NCBI GenBank assembly: GCA_003243965.1
Contig: QHBO01000043.1
Span: 34,978-98,977 of the forward strand
Direction of reading: 5' to 3'
From: Chloroflexota bacterium
GTDB taxonomy: Bacteria > Chloroflexota > Limnocylindria > QHBO01
DNA: 64,000 bases
The position numbers and the translations under genes are program-made. The notes under the pieces are model-generated. The model ran no database searches. It had not been told where the DNA came from and saw only the letters and a list, made by a program, of their open reading frames with translations. Positions within the stretch are counted from its first letter, which is position 1; the number at the start of each line of letters is the position of its first letter. Positions 44,508 through 54,300 of this stretch are shown here, piece after piece.

Positions 44508-47300
44508 TCAGCGCTGGTGGGCCGCGGCCGCTTCCCCGGCCGCCCGACGAGCCACTTCGTAGTTGTCTGCCAGCCCCAGCACCTCGCCGGTCGAGCGCAT
44601 CTCTGGGCCGACAGCGCTGTCCACCCCGGGCAGGCGCCAGAGGGAGCCGACGGGCGCCTTGACGCCGACCATCGGTCCGTCCGCGAGCAGGCCGGCCGCG
44701 AGGCCGACGTCGGCCAGCGACGCGCCGAGCGCGCAGCGGACCGCTGCAGCCACGATGTCGCGCCCGGTGGTCTTGGCCACCACCGGGACGGTGCGGCTTG
44801 CGCGCGGGTTGGCCTCGATCACCACCACCCGATGCTGATCGACGATCATCTGCACGTTCAGGATGCCGCGGATCCCCAGCGCCAGGGCGATCCTGCCAGC
44901 CGCCTCCGCCGCCCGCTCCTGCAGCTCGCGAGACAGGCGCTGCGGGGGAAGCACCGCAAGGCTGTCGCCGGAATGGACTCCCGGCGGGTCGAGCTGCTCG
45001 ACGATGGCCGGGACACACCAGTCGCGCCCGTCGGTGATGGCATCCACGTCGAGCTCGATTCCCTGGACCAGCGCGTCAACGCGGATCGGCCAGCCGACAT
45101 CGGTCGCGAGATAGGCGGCGACATCGCTCGACGAGCGCAGGATGGCGATGCCGCGGCCGCCGATCACCCACGACGGGCGGACGATGACCGGAAGACCCAG
45201 CCCGATGGCGGCAGTGCGCAGCTCCCCGGCATCGGCGGCAAGCCGCCCGCGCGGGCCGTCAATCCCCAGCCGCTCGAGCAGCTGAGCGAAGCGCTCGCGA
45301 TCCTCGGTGACCTCGATCGCGTCGGCGGTGAGGCCGGCAATCGGCACATCGGCATATGCGAGGTCGCGGGCGAGGTCGATGGCGGTCTGTCCTCCAAAGG
45401 TCAGCACCACGTGGGGAGGCTCGCCGGTGAGCGCTCGCTCGTGATCGATGACGTCCAGCACGCTCTCCGTGTCGAGCGGCTCGAAGTAGAGGCGGCTGCA
45501 GGCGTCGTAGTCGGTCGAGACGGTCTCCGGGTTATTGTTGATCACGACCGCATCCAGCCCCATCTCCCGGATCGCCCATGCGGCGCGCACCGAGCAGTAG
45601 TCGAACTCGATCCCCTGCCCGATCCGGATCGGGCCGGAGCCGACCACGATCACGCTCCGCCGATCGCTGGGCGGCGTGACCTCCGGTTCGGCGTAGGAAG
45701 AATAGAAGTACGGTGTCTGGGCCGGAAACTCGCCGGCGCACGTGTCGACGCGGCGATAGGCGGGCGACATGCCGGCCCGCACCCGGGCTCGGCGGATCGC
45801 GGCGGGCGGTACCCCGGACAGTGCCGCGATGTCGGCGTCGCCGAAGCCGGTGCGCTTGACCGTCTCGAGCGGTGATCCGACCAGCGCCTGCTCGGAGGCC
45901 GCCAGCTCAGCGAGCCGCTCGGTGAACCATGGCGCGATGCGGGTCGCGGCGCTCAGTCCCCGGGCATCGGTCCACTCGTGGCGGAGCAGGGCCGCCATGC
46001 GCCACAGCCGCGTGTCGGTGGGCGTGAGGAATGCTGCCAGGTCGGCCGGGGGACGGTTGGCGAGGTCCCAGGTCGGGTCCTCCCAGAGCCAGCCGCGGCC
46101 GCGGGGCTCGAGCGAGCGGACCGCCTTGAGGAGCGCCGACCCGAACTCGCGGTCGATCGCCATCGCCTCACCGGTCGCCTTCATCTGCACGCCCAGGCTC
46201 CGGTCGGCCGCGGGAAACTTGTCGAACGGCCAGCGCGGCAGCTTGACGACGACGTAGTCGAGTGCCGGCTCGAAGGCTGCCGAGCCGATGCCGGTCGCGG
46301 GGTTCGGCAGCTCGTCCAGGCGCCGCCCGAGGCCGACCAGGGCGGCCACCCGCGCGATCGGATAGCCGGTCGCCTTGCTGGCGAGCGCCGAGGAGCGGCT
46401 GACCCGTGGGTTCACCTCGATCACCCGATAGTCGCTTCCATCCGGCGCCACCGCCAGCTGAACGTTGCAGCCGCCCTCCAGCCGCAGCGCACGGGCGATG
46501 CGCAGGGCGCAGCGGCGCAGGCGCTGGACGAGCCGGTCGGAGAGGGTCTGGATCGGCGCCACCACGATCGAGTCGCCGGTGTGGACCCCCATCGGATCGA
46601 GGTTCTCCATGCCGCAGATCGCGATCGCGGTGTCCGCCGCGTCGCGCACCACCTCGAACTCGATCTCCAGCCAGCCGAGCAGGCTGCGCTCGACGAGCAC
46701 CTGGCCGATTGGGCTAGCGGCGAGCCCCAGCGCGATGCGCTGGCGCGCCTCGGAGGCCGTGGTCGCAAAGCCTCCGCCGCCTCCCCCCAGGGTGAAGGCC
46801 GGACGAATCACCACCGGAGCGCCGAGATGCTGCATGAACCGCAGGCCGTCGTCGAGCCGCTCGACGACGGCACTCTCCGGCACCGGCTCTCCGATGCTGG
46901 TCACCAGGTCGCGGAAGCCGCCGCGATCCTCGGCGGCTCGGACCGCGGTCAGCGGCGTGCCCAGCACCCTGATCGCGTGGCGCTCGAGGATTCCCGCGTC
47001 GTCGAGCGCGACCGCCAGGTTCAGGCCGGTCTGGCCACCCAGCGTCGCCAGCAGGGCGTCCGGTCGCTGCTCCTCGATCACCCGCTGCAGGTACGGCAGG
47101 GTCAACGGACCGATGAGCACATTTCCGCCGACATCGGGATCGGTCATCACCGTCGCGGGGTTGGAGTTCACCAGGACCGTCTCGACCCCTTCGCCGCGCA
47201 GGGCGAGACAGGCCTGCACGCCGGCATAGTCGAACTCGGCGGCCTGCCCGATGACGATCGGCCCCGAGCCGATGACCAGCACCTTGCGCGGCAGGCTCAT
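44508..47300 (-). CDS. carB: Carbamoyl-phosphate synthase large subunit, short form (930 aa) lacking the C-terminal allosteric domain
   Basis: KVLVIGSGPIVIGQAAEFDYAG and a second ATP-grasp half VIVVGSGPIRIGQGIEFDYC. The protein ends ...GPEMRSTGEVLGLADNYEVARRAAGEAAAAHQR. The ATG at 47300 overlaps the carA stop (ATGA). The track extension to 47948 lies inside carA. Confidence 0.9.
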   Translation of the reverse strand: MSLPRKVLVIGSGPIVIGQAAEFDYAGVQACLALRGEGVETVLVNSNPATVMTDPDVGGNVLIGPLTLPYLQRVIEEQRPDALLATLGGQTGLNLAVALDDAGILERHAIRVLGTPLTAVRAAEDRGGFRDLVTSIGEPVPESAVVERLDDGLRFMQHLGAPVVIRPAFTLGGGGGGFATTASEARQRIALGLAASPIGQVLVERSLLGWLEIEFEVVRDAADTAIAICGMENLDPMGVHTGDSIVVAPIQTLSDRLVQRLRRCALRIARALRLEGGCNVQLAVAPDGSDYRVIEVNPRVSRSSALASKATGYPIARVAALVGLGRRLDELPNPATGIGSAAFEPALDYVVVKLPRWPFDKFPAADRSLGVQMKATGEAMAIDREFGSALLKAVRSLEPRGRGWLWEDPTWDLANRPPADLAAFLTPTDTRLWRMAALLRHEWTDARGLSAATRIAPWFTERLAELAASEQALVGSPLETVKRTGFGDADIAALSGVPPAAIRRARVRAGMSPAYRRVDTCAGEFPAQTPYFYSSYAEPEVTPPSDRRSVIVVGSGPIRIGQGIEFDYCSVRAAWAIREMGLDAVVINNNPETVSTDYDACSRLYFEPLDTESVLDVIDHERALTGEPPHVVLTFGGQTAIDLARDLAYADVPIAGLTADAIEVTEDRERFAQLLERLGIDGPRGRLAADAGELRTAAIGLGLPVIVRPSWVIGGRGIAILRSSSDVAAYLATDVGWPIRVDALVQGIELDVDAITDGRDWCVPAIVEQLDPPGVHSGDSLAVLPPQRLSRELQERAAEAAGRIALALGIRGILNVQMIVDQHRVVVIEANPRASRTVPVVAKTTGRDIVAAAVRCALGASLADVGLAAGLLADGPMVGVKAPVGSLWRLPGVDSAVGPEMRSTGEVLGLADNYEVARRAAGEAAAAHQR

Positions 47301-48454
47301 CGCGTCGCGGCCTGGATCGCTGCATCGAGGACCCGGGCGCCATCGGTCGGGCCCGGCGCCCCTTCCGGATGGAACTGCACCGATGCGATTCGTCCGCTGC
47401 GGTGAACGAGTCCCTCGACGGTGTCGTCGTTGAGGTCGCGATGGCTGATCGCGAAGCCGGCGGCCGCCAGCTCCGGCCGCGCCAGGACCGCCACCTCGTG
47501 GTTGTGCGCGCCGATGTCGACTCGCCCGGTCGCGACCTCGATGACCGCATGGTTGCCGCCGTGATGCCCCACGCTGAGGCGCTGTGTCTGACAGCCTGCG
47601 GCGAGCGCCAGCAGCTGGTGCCCGAGGCAGATCCCCAGGATTCGAGGACCGCCGGCGATCGCTCCGCTCGACAGCTGGCGCACGACGGCGATCTGGCGTT
47701 CCATGCGAGCCGGGTCTCCAGGGCCCGGCGAGAGCACCACGAGGTCGGGGCGGATGGCGGCCACGTCGTCGGCAGCTGCACCGGGGGGCAGTCCGACGAT
47801 CTCCGCTCCACGTGCCGCGAGCGCCGCCAGCAGCGAGCGCTTCACGCCGTAGTCGATCAGCACCACCCGCAGCCGCCGCTCGCCGACCGGGGGGACGTGG
47901 AACGGCTGCTCGGTCGCGACCGCGGCGACGTGGTCCACCGACTCCCACGCGGCGGAGGCTCGGGCGGCCGCCACCGCGGGGGTGGCACCTCCGGCGGCCC
48001 GACGCACCACCGCGCGACGGGCAGCGCCGCGCCGGAGCTCGAGCGTCAGCGCGCGCGTGTCGACCCCGGTCAGGATCGGTATGCCCGCATCACGTGCCAT
48101 CCCTTCGAGGTCGAGCCCCGGGCCTGCCGGGGGGGCGACTAGCCTGGTGACGATCAGCGCCCGGGCATGAACGCGGCTGGACTCCAGGTCACCCGGGTCG
48201 ATCCGATAGCTGCCGGCCATCGGATGGGTGAGCACCACCATCTGACCGGCGTACGACGGATCGGTCAGGATTTCGCCCCAGCCAGTCGCCGCCGTGGTGA
48301 AGATCAGGTCGCCTTCGGCGGACGTGCCCGCGCCGCGCAGCATTCCGCGATGCGTGGCACCCCCCTCGAGCGCGACGAGGCCTGGAGACAGCAACGACGC
48401 CGAGCGCCCATCGGCAGCTGGCGTCGTAGGTTCCGGGGTGGTAAGCGTCTGCAA
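47297..48454 (-). CDS. carA: Carbamoyl-phosphate synthase small (glutaminase) subunit
   Basis: GWGEILTDPSYAGQMVVLTHPMAGSY and the GATase region GICLGHQLLALA...HNH. TTG start with a GGAAGGAG RBS. Confidence 0.92.
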   Translation of the reverse strand: MQTLTTPEPTTPAADGRSASLLSPGLVALEGGATHRGMLRGAGTSAEGDLIFTTAATGWGEILTDPSYAGQMVVLTHPMAGSYRIDPGDLESSRVHARALIVTRLVAPPAGPGLDLEGMARDAGIPILTGVDTRALTLELRRGAARRAVVRRAAGGATPAVAAARASAAWESVDHVAAVATEQPFHVPPVGERRLRVVLIDYGVKRSLLAALAARGAEIVGLPPGAAADDVAAIRPDLVVLSPGPGDPARMERQIAVVRQLSSGAIAGGPRILGICLGHQLLALAAGCQTQRLSVGHHGGNHAVIEVATGRVDIGAHNHEVAVLARPELAAAGFAISHRDLNDDTVEGLVHRSGRIASVQFHPEGAPGPTDGARVLDAAIQAATR

Positions 48455-48573
48455 TCCGTGCTCCTTCCCGGCATCACGGTGCCGGTCTTAAAGGACCACT
48501 GGTAGTCTACCGTACACGCGATCCCCCGCCGCGACCGATTGACGCCGGGCGGGCCAGCCTACGGAGGGCACTG

Positions 48574-49215
48574 ATGAGCACCGAAGCGCGCGGCCTCACC
48601 CACCGGACCGTTTCCATGACCCTCGCCGACGTCGTTGTCCCCCGACCCGGCGGCGGAGCGGTTGCGATCGCGCGCAACCTGGCCCTGGTGGTCGGCGGCG
48701 CGGCGCTGGTCGCGGCCGCAGCGCAGCTCTCGGTCCACATGCCGTGGACGCCGGTTCCGTATACCGGTCAGACGGCCGCGGTGCTGCTGGTCGGCACGGC
48801 CCTCGGCGCGCCGCTGGGCGCGGCCAGCATGGCGCTCTACGTGCTGGCCGGCTTCGTCGGCCTGCCGGTCTACGCCGATGGCGCCGGCGGCGCCGGCAAG
48901 CTGCTCGGCCTGACCGGCGGATATCTGCTCGGCTTCGTGGTTGCCGCCGCTCTGGTCGGATGGCTCGCCCAGCGGCGGTGGGACCGCTCACCGCTCCGCG
49001 CTGCCGCGCTGATGGCCATCGGCAATATCGTCATCTACCTGATCGGTATCCCGGTCCTTGCCGTGGTGGCCCACCTGCCCGCGGCGGTGGCCATCGAGAA
49101 GGGTGCACTCGTCTTCCTGCCCTGGGACCTGCTCAAGGTGGCGCTCGCCGGCCTGCTGCTGCCCGTCGCCTGGCGCCTCGTCGGCAACCGGGCGGATGGT
49201 ACCCGGCGAAGCTGA
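48574..49215 (+). CDS. bioY: Biotin transporter BioY (ECF S-component type)
   Basis: ...VPYTGQTAAVLLVGTALG...LTGGYLLGFVVAAALVGWL... is typical of BioY. GGAGGG RBS. Confidence 0.85.
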   Translation: MSTEARGLTHRTVSMTLADVVVPRPGGGAVAIARNLALVVGGAALVAAAAQLSVHMPWTPVPYTGQTAAVLLVGTALGAPLGAASMALYVLAGFVGLPVYADGAGGAGKLLGLTGGYLLGFVVAAALVGWLAQRRWDRSPLRAAALMAIGNIVIYLIGIPVLAVVAHLPAAVAIEKGALVFLPWDLLKVALAGLLLPVAWRLVGNRADGTRRS

Positions 49216-50187
49216 TCAGGCCGCCGGTGGCGGTCCGTCGCTGACGGCCACGCGCCGTCGCAGCAGGCCGAGGGGCCAACGCAGCGCCACGCCAAGCAGC
49301 GCCACGACCAGCACGACCGGGATGCCGACCACGCCGAGCCAGATGAGCCCCACTCCGATCGCCTGGGCGGCGATGAGCAGCGCGGCCAGCGCCTGCTGGA
49401 GGGCGGCGCCGGGGTCCCAACCCGCGCTCGTCTGCTGGACCGGCGCCGGCCGTGGCGCGAGCGTGACGCTCAGGGTCGACAGGTCCGCGAGGCCGCTCAT
49501 GTTTTTGAGCTGTCCCTGCAGCGCCTCGATCTGACCGCGCACGTCGTCCAGCCGGCCCTGGACGGCCAGGATGTCTTCGATCTTGACGGCGCGTGCCAGC
49601 AGCACGCGGTACGAGGCTTCGGACGCCTTCAGGTTGTCGATGCGCGCACCGAGATCCACGATCTGGGCGGTCACGTCTTCCTCCCGGGTCGTCTCGCCGC
49701 GCACCTTCCCAAGCGGTCTGAGCCGGCTCAACGCGTCGTCGAAGCGAGCGGCTGGGATGCGGAGCGTGACGGTCGCGCGGTCGTCCAGCGATCCGGCCTG
49801 CGATCCCCCGACGTAACCGCCGAGTTCCAGCGCCAGGGCCCGCACTCGGCCGATCGCGGTGCCGACGTCGGCGACCTCGACGGTGATCTCCCCGCTCTTC
49901 ACCACGCGCTGGGCGACGATCTGGGTGTACGCCATCTTTCCCGGACCACTCCCCGGCGCCGATGAACCCGCATCACGGGTCGCCGGCTTGCCCGGGGTCG
50001 CCGGCTTGCCCGCAGCGGCGGCCGCCCCGTCGGCAGCCACGGCCGGGTTGCCAGAGGCTCCGCTGCCCGCGGTCAGGTTGGTTGCAGCACCACATCCGGC
50101 GGCGACCGCGATCAGCAGCAGCGCGGGAAGTGCGCGGAGGACGGCGGTGCGCGTGGCGCGCGGATCGTGGCGGTGGCTGGCGAGCAT
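49216..50187 (-). CDS. DUF4349 domain-containing lipoprotein
   Basis: Lipobox LIAVAAGC, a central coiled-coil pattern (ATVTLRIPAARFDDALSRL...DVTAQIVDLGARIDNLKASEASYRVLL...LQGQL), and C-terminal TM helices. GGAG RBS. Its stop abuts the bioY stop (TGATCA). Confidence 0.7.
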   Translation of the reverse strand: MLASHRHDPRATRTAVLRALPALLLIAVAAGCGAATNLTAGSGASGNPAVAADGAAAAAGKPATPGKPATRDAGSSAPGSGPGKMAYTQIVAQRVVKSGEITVEVADVGTAIGRVRALALELGGYVGGSQAGSLDDRATVTLRIPAARFDDALSRLRPLGKVRGETTREEDVTAQIVDLGARIDNLKASEASYRVLLARAVKIEDILAVQGRLDDVRGQIEALQGQLKNMSGLADLSTLSVTLAPRPAPVQQTSAGWDPGAALQQALAALLIAAQAIGVGLIWLGVVGIPVVLVVALLGVALRWPLGLLRRRVAVSDGPPPAA

Positions 50188-50291
50188 GTCGTGAGCTCCA
50201 TGGTGGGTGTCAGGTGGGTGCCGGACGCGGGACGAGCCGAATCGGTTCCCCCCGCGGGCTGCGGTCGCGGGTAACGCGGTCGGGATACTGG

Positions 50292-51275
50292 TCAGCCCAG
50301 GCGACCGAGAAGCCCGAGGTCGAGGTTGCCACCGCTGATGACCGCGACCACCCGCTCGTGAGGACGCGTCTTGAGCTTGCCTGCCAGAAGGGCGGCGATC
50401 GGCGTGGCCGCGGCCGGCTCGGCGGCGAGCTTGCTGCGCTCCACGAGCAGCCGCAGGCCGGCGAGGATCTCGTCCTCGCTGACGGTGATCACGTCGTCGA
50501 CGAGGCGCTCGACGATCAGAAGGCAGCGCTCGCCAGCGTAGGGGGCGTTGATCCCGTCCGCCACGGTTCGGCGGCCCTCCATGGTCACGCTGTGGCCGGC
50601 CGCGAGCGCCCGGCGCATCGCGTCGGAGGCCTCGGCCTCGACACCGATGACCCGCACCGTTGGCCGGACGGCCTTCACGGCCGTCGCGATGCCGGCGATC
50701 AGGCCGCCCCCTCCGATCGGCACCACGACGGTGTCGAAGTCGTCGAGGTCCTCGAGCAGCTCGAGACCGATGGTCCCCTGCCCGGCCATGACCACATCGT
50801 CGTCGAAGGGATGGACCAGGGTCAGGCCGCGCTCACGCATCAGGCGCTGGCAGAGCGGCCAGATGTCCTCATCGGTCAGCACCACCTCGCCGCCATAGGC
50901 CCGCGTGGCCTGCACCTTGGCTGGCACCGCGTCGGCGGCCATGACGATGGTGGCCCGCTGCCCGATCCGCGTCGCGGCGTATGCCAGTGCCTGTGCATGA
51001 TTTCCGCGCGAGATGGCGATGAAGCCGCGACGCTTCTCCTCGTCGCTGAGCGAGAGGAGCTTGTTGGCGACGCCGCGCGGCTTGAAGGAGCCGGTCCGCT
51101 GGAAGAGCTCCGCCTTGAGGTGGAGCCTGATACCGCCGAGCAGGTCCCCGAGCGACGTCGAGCTGAGGAGCGGCGTGCGGTGCACGAGCGCCGCGATCCG
51201 CTGGCGCGCCTCGATGATGGCTGCCAGGTCGAGCATCGAGGTCAGGGGCCCTCCGACCCCTCCGTCAGCTGCCAC
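50292..51275 (-). CDS. PLP-dependent threonine/serine dehydratase (short form without an ACT domain)
   Basis: PLP-lysine motif GSFKPRG and the glycine loop PIGGGGLIAG. Start may be the downstream ATG 51236 (MLDLAAI...). Confidence 0.8.
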   Translation of the reverse strand: MAADGGVGGPLTSMLDLAAIIEARQRIAALVHRTPLLSSTSLGDLLGGIRLHLKAELFQRTGSFKPRGVANKLLSLSDEEKRRGFIAISRGNHAQALAYAATRIGQRATIVMAADAVPAKVQATRAYGGEVVLTDEDIWPLCQRLMRERGLTLVHPFDDDVVMAGQGTIGLELLEDLDDFDTVVVPIGGGGLIAGIATAVKAVRPTVRVIGVEAEASDAMRRALAAGHSVTMEGRRTVADGINAPYAGERCLLIVERLVDDVITVSEDEILAGLRLLVERSKLAAEPAAATPIAALLAGKLKTRPHERVVAVISGGNLDLGLLGRLG

Positions 51276-51377
51276 CAGTGGACGAGCAGGGTGTCGCGGT
51301 CGGCTTGCATCCGCGCGCGGCCGGCGGGAGGCTGATCGGTCATGGTGCGGCCACGGTAGCGCAGTTGGGCGCCACGC

Positions 51378-54300
51378 TCACCGGAACATGCGCTGCTGCC
51401 TGTCGAGCTGGAGCGGAGTGGGGCGCTGGCCGGGAATCGCGGCGTCGAGCGCGTGGATCTCGCGGGCCACCACGTTGCGCACCTCGCCCTCGACCTGCAG
51501 CCTGCCGTCGATCACCAGCAGCGGATGGCGATGGAGAAGCGACCGGTAGCGCTGGTACACCTGCGGTCGGACCGTCACGTTGATCATCCCGGTCTCATCC
51601 TCGAGAGCGATGAACACGAAGTGCTTGGCGGTCATCGGGTGCTGGATCGAGACGGCGAGGCCTGCCAGTCGCAGGCGAGACCGGCCCCGTCGCCGGCTCG
51701 CCTCGCTGATCCGCACCACCCCGCGAGCGTCGAGCTGCTCGCGGAACAGTTCGACGGCATGTGCCGTGGAGCTCACGCCCAGCTCCCGATAGTCGGTGGC
51801 GACACGTTCGGCGAGGGTCATCGCCGGCAGGCTGCGGCCCACGGCGCGGACCGCGTCATCGGTGAGGCCCAGGGCCGGACGCCTGGGATCGGCATCGACC
51901 AGCGTCGTGCGCAGCTGCCAGAGGAGCTCTCGGCGGGGCGTATCGGTCCAGTCGAAGGCGCCCACCGCGATCAGCCGCTCGACCACCTGCTCGCCCAGCC
52001 CGGTGCGGGCCGCGAAGTCACGGATACCGGTGTAGGGACCGATCGCCCGCTCCGCCTCGACCCGGTCGCGCTCCGCCTCGCCGATCCCCTTCACCTGGCG
52101 CAGCCCGAGACGCAGCGCGAAATCGCGGCGCGGGTCGCCGATCCGCTCGCCGATCGGCTCGGTGGCGTGATCCCAGCTCGAGGCATTCACGTCAACGGGC
52201 AGGACGCGCACGCCGTGCCGCTTCGCGTCGTTGACGATCACGGCCGGCGAGTAGAAGCCCATCGGCTGGTTGTTCAGGATCCCCGCGTAGTAGTGGACGG
52301 GGTAGTTGAGCTTCAGCCAGGCGGTGTCGTAGGTGATCTTGGCGAATGCCGCCGCATGGGCACGTGCAAACCCGAACTCGGCGAATGCCCCGCAGCGCCG
52401 GAAGAGCTCTTCCGCATCAGGCTCGCTCATGCCGGTCCGCATCGCCCCCGCCACGAATCGAGCGTGCTCATGCTCCATCTCGAGGTGTGACCGATGGCTG
52501 CCCATCGCCTTGCGGAAGATGTCCGCCTCAAGCGCCGTGTAGCCGCAGACCTCGATCGCGATCTGCATCACCTGCTCCTGGTAGAGGATCACCCCCAGCG
52601 TGTCGGCCAGGATCGGCTCGAGAGTCGGGTGGAGATAGGTGACCGGCTCCTGACCGGCACGCCGGCGCAGATACGGATGGACCGCGTTGCCCTGGATCGG
52701 TCCCGGGCGGATGATCGCCACCTGGACGACCAGGTCCTCGAAGCGCTCCGGACGGCTCTTGGGGAGCGCCTGCATCTGGGCGCGGCTCTCGATCTGGAAC
52801 ATGCCGACCGTGTCGGCGGCGCGGATGGTGGCGAACACCGCGGGGTCGTCACGGGGAAGCGCATCGAGGTCGATCCGGGTGCCGGTGTCGCGCGCCACCC
52901 GCCGCAGGCAGTCGCTCACCACGCCGAGTGTCCGCAGCGAGAGAAGGTCGATCTTCACCAGCCCCAGCGCCTCGATGTCCTCCTTGTCGAACTGGGTCAC
53001 CACCCGTCCGGGCATCGTGGCCCGCTCGATCGGCACCAGATCGATGAGGGGCGTCCGGGTGACGAGCATCCCCCCGACGTGGATCCCCAGGTGGCGCGGG
53101 AAGCCGTCAATCTCCGCGCACAGGGCGAGAAGCCACTGCCAGCGGTTGCGGGGCCGCGCGTGACGGTCCCTCTCCGGGAGGTCGCTGCGCCGGACGGTGG
53201 GGCGATCGCTTCCCGGCCCCGGCGATCCGGTGTCCCGCGGCTCGGGGAGATCCAGCGTCGCAGCCGGGTCGAACGGCGCAGGCTCGGGATCCCACCCGGG
53301 ATCCAACCCGGGACGCAGCCCGGGACGCAGCCCGGGACGCAGCCCGGTCGAGCCATAGCGCTTCGTCTGCTGCGCCTCGAACCGAACCGATGTGACCGAT
53401 TGGTCCAGGACCGGTGTCCGTTTCGGCGGGGACCAGTCGGCCTCACCGCCCGGCCGCGGCGCGGCGTCGGCATCGGTCTGGTTGGCCCGTCCGTCGCGCC
53501 GCGGCGGAACCGCTGCCGTCGCCATGCTGATGCCCAGCTCCTCGAAGAGCCACGCGAACGAGCCGTCCAGGGCGAGGTCACGCGCCACGTCGGAGGCATC
53601 CCGCGTGTCGAGCGCCTTCGCGAGGCGGTCGACCGCGGCGGCCGGAACGCCGAGCGCCTTGGCCACCTCGCGGACGGCACTGCGTGCGCGATAGGTGATC
53701 ACGTTGCAGACCATCGCCGCATGGTCGGCGCCATAGCGCCGGTAGAGGTACTGGATCACCTCTTCGCGCCGGTTGACGTCGAAATCGATGTCGATGTCGG
53801 GGAGGACGCGCGCCTCGTTGATGAACCGCTCGAAGAGGAGCTTGTGCTCGATCGGGTCGACCTTGGTGATCCCCAGGCAGTACGCCACGATCGAGTCTCC
53901 GGCGCTCCCCCTCCCCTGACCGATGATCTCGTTCTTGCGCGCGAACTCCATCAGGTCCCAGACGATGAGGAAGAACTCGGCCAGGTGCGTTCGGTCGATG
54001 ATCTCCAGCTCGTGGGTGAGCTGGGTCAGGGCCTGCTTGGTGATCGGCCGGTAACGGCGCCGTAAGCCCTCGTGTGCAAGCTGGTAGAGGTATGAGAACG
54101 GCGTCTCGCCCTCCGGCACCTCGAAGCCCGGAAATCGGTATCGCTCGAAGTCCAGGTCGAGGCGGCAGCTCTCACCGATGTCGGCGGCCTGGGCGATCCC
54201 CCGCGCCCAGGCGCGTCGCGATCGCGCGTCGGGAAGACCGGCGCCGAGCGCCGCCAGCTCACGCCCCGCCTTGAGGCGGTACTCCCCGTTCGGCAGGAGC

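Noticed and set aside
48501-48511. Palindrome GGTAG-T-CTACC in the carA/bioY divergent spacer as a possible biotin or pyrimidine operator
   Set aside because: It has only 5-bp arms, so it could easily arise by chance. It does not match the BirA, BioQ or PyrR sites I remember, and no second copy is seen.
53148-53522. Possible intein or mobile insertion in dnaE2
   Set aside because: There is no Cys/Ser at the N-terminal junction, no His-Asn plus Cys/Ser/Thr C-terminal junction, and no endonuclease motifs. The segment is low-complexity and in frame, so I report it as an insert/repeat rather than an intein.
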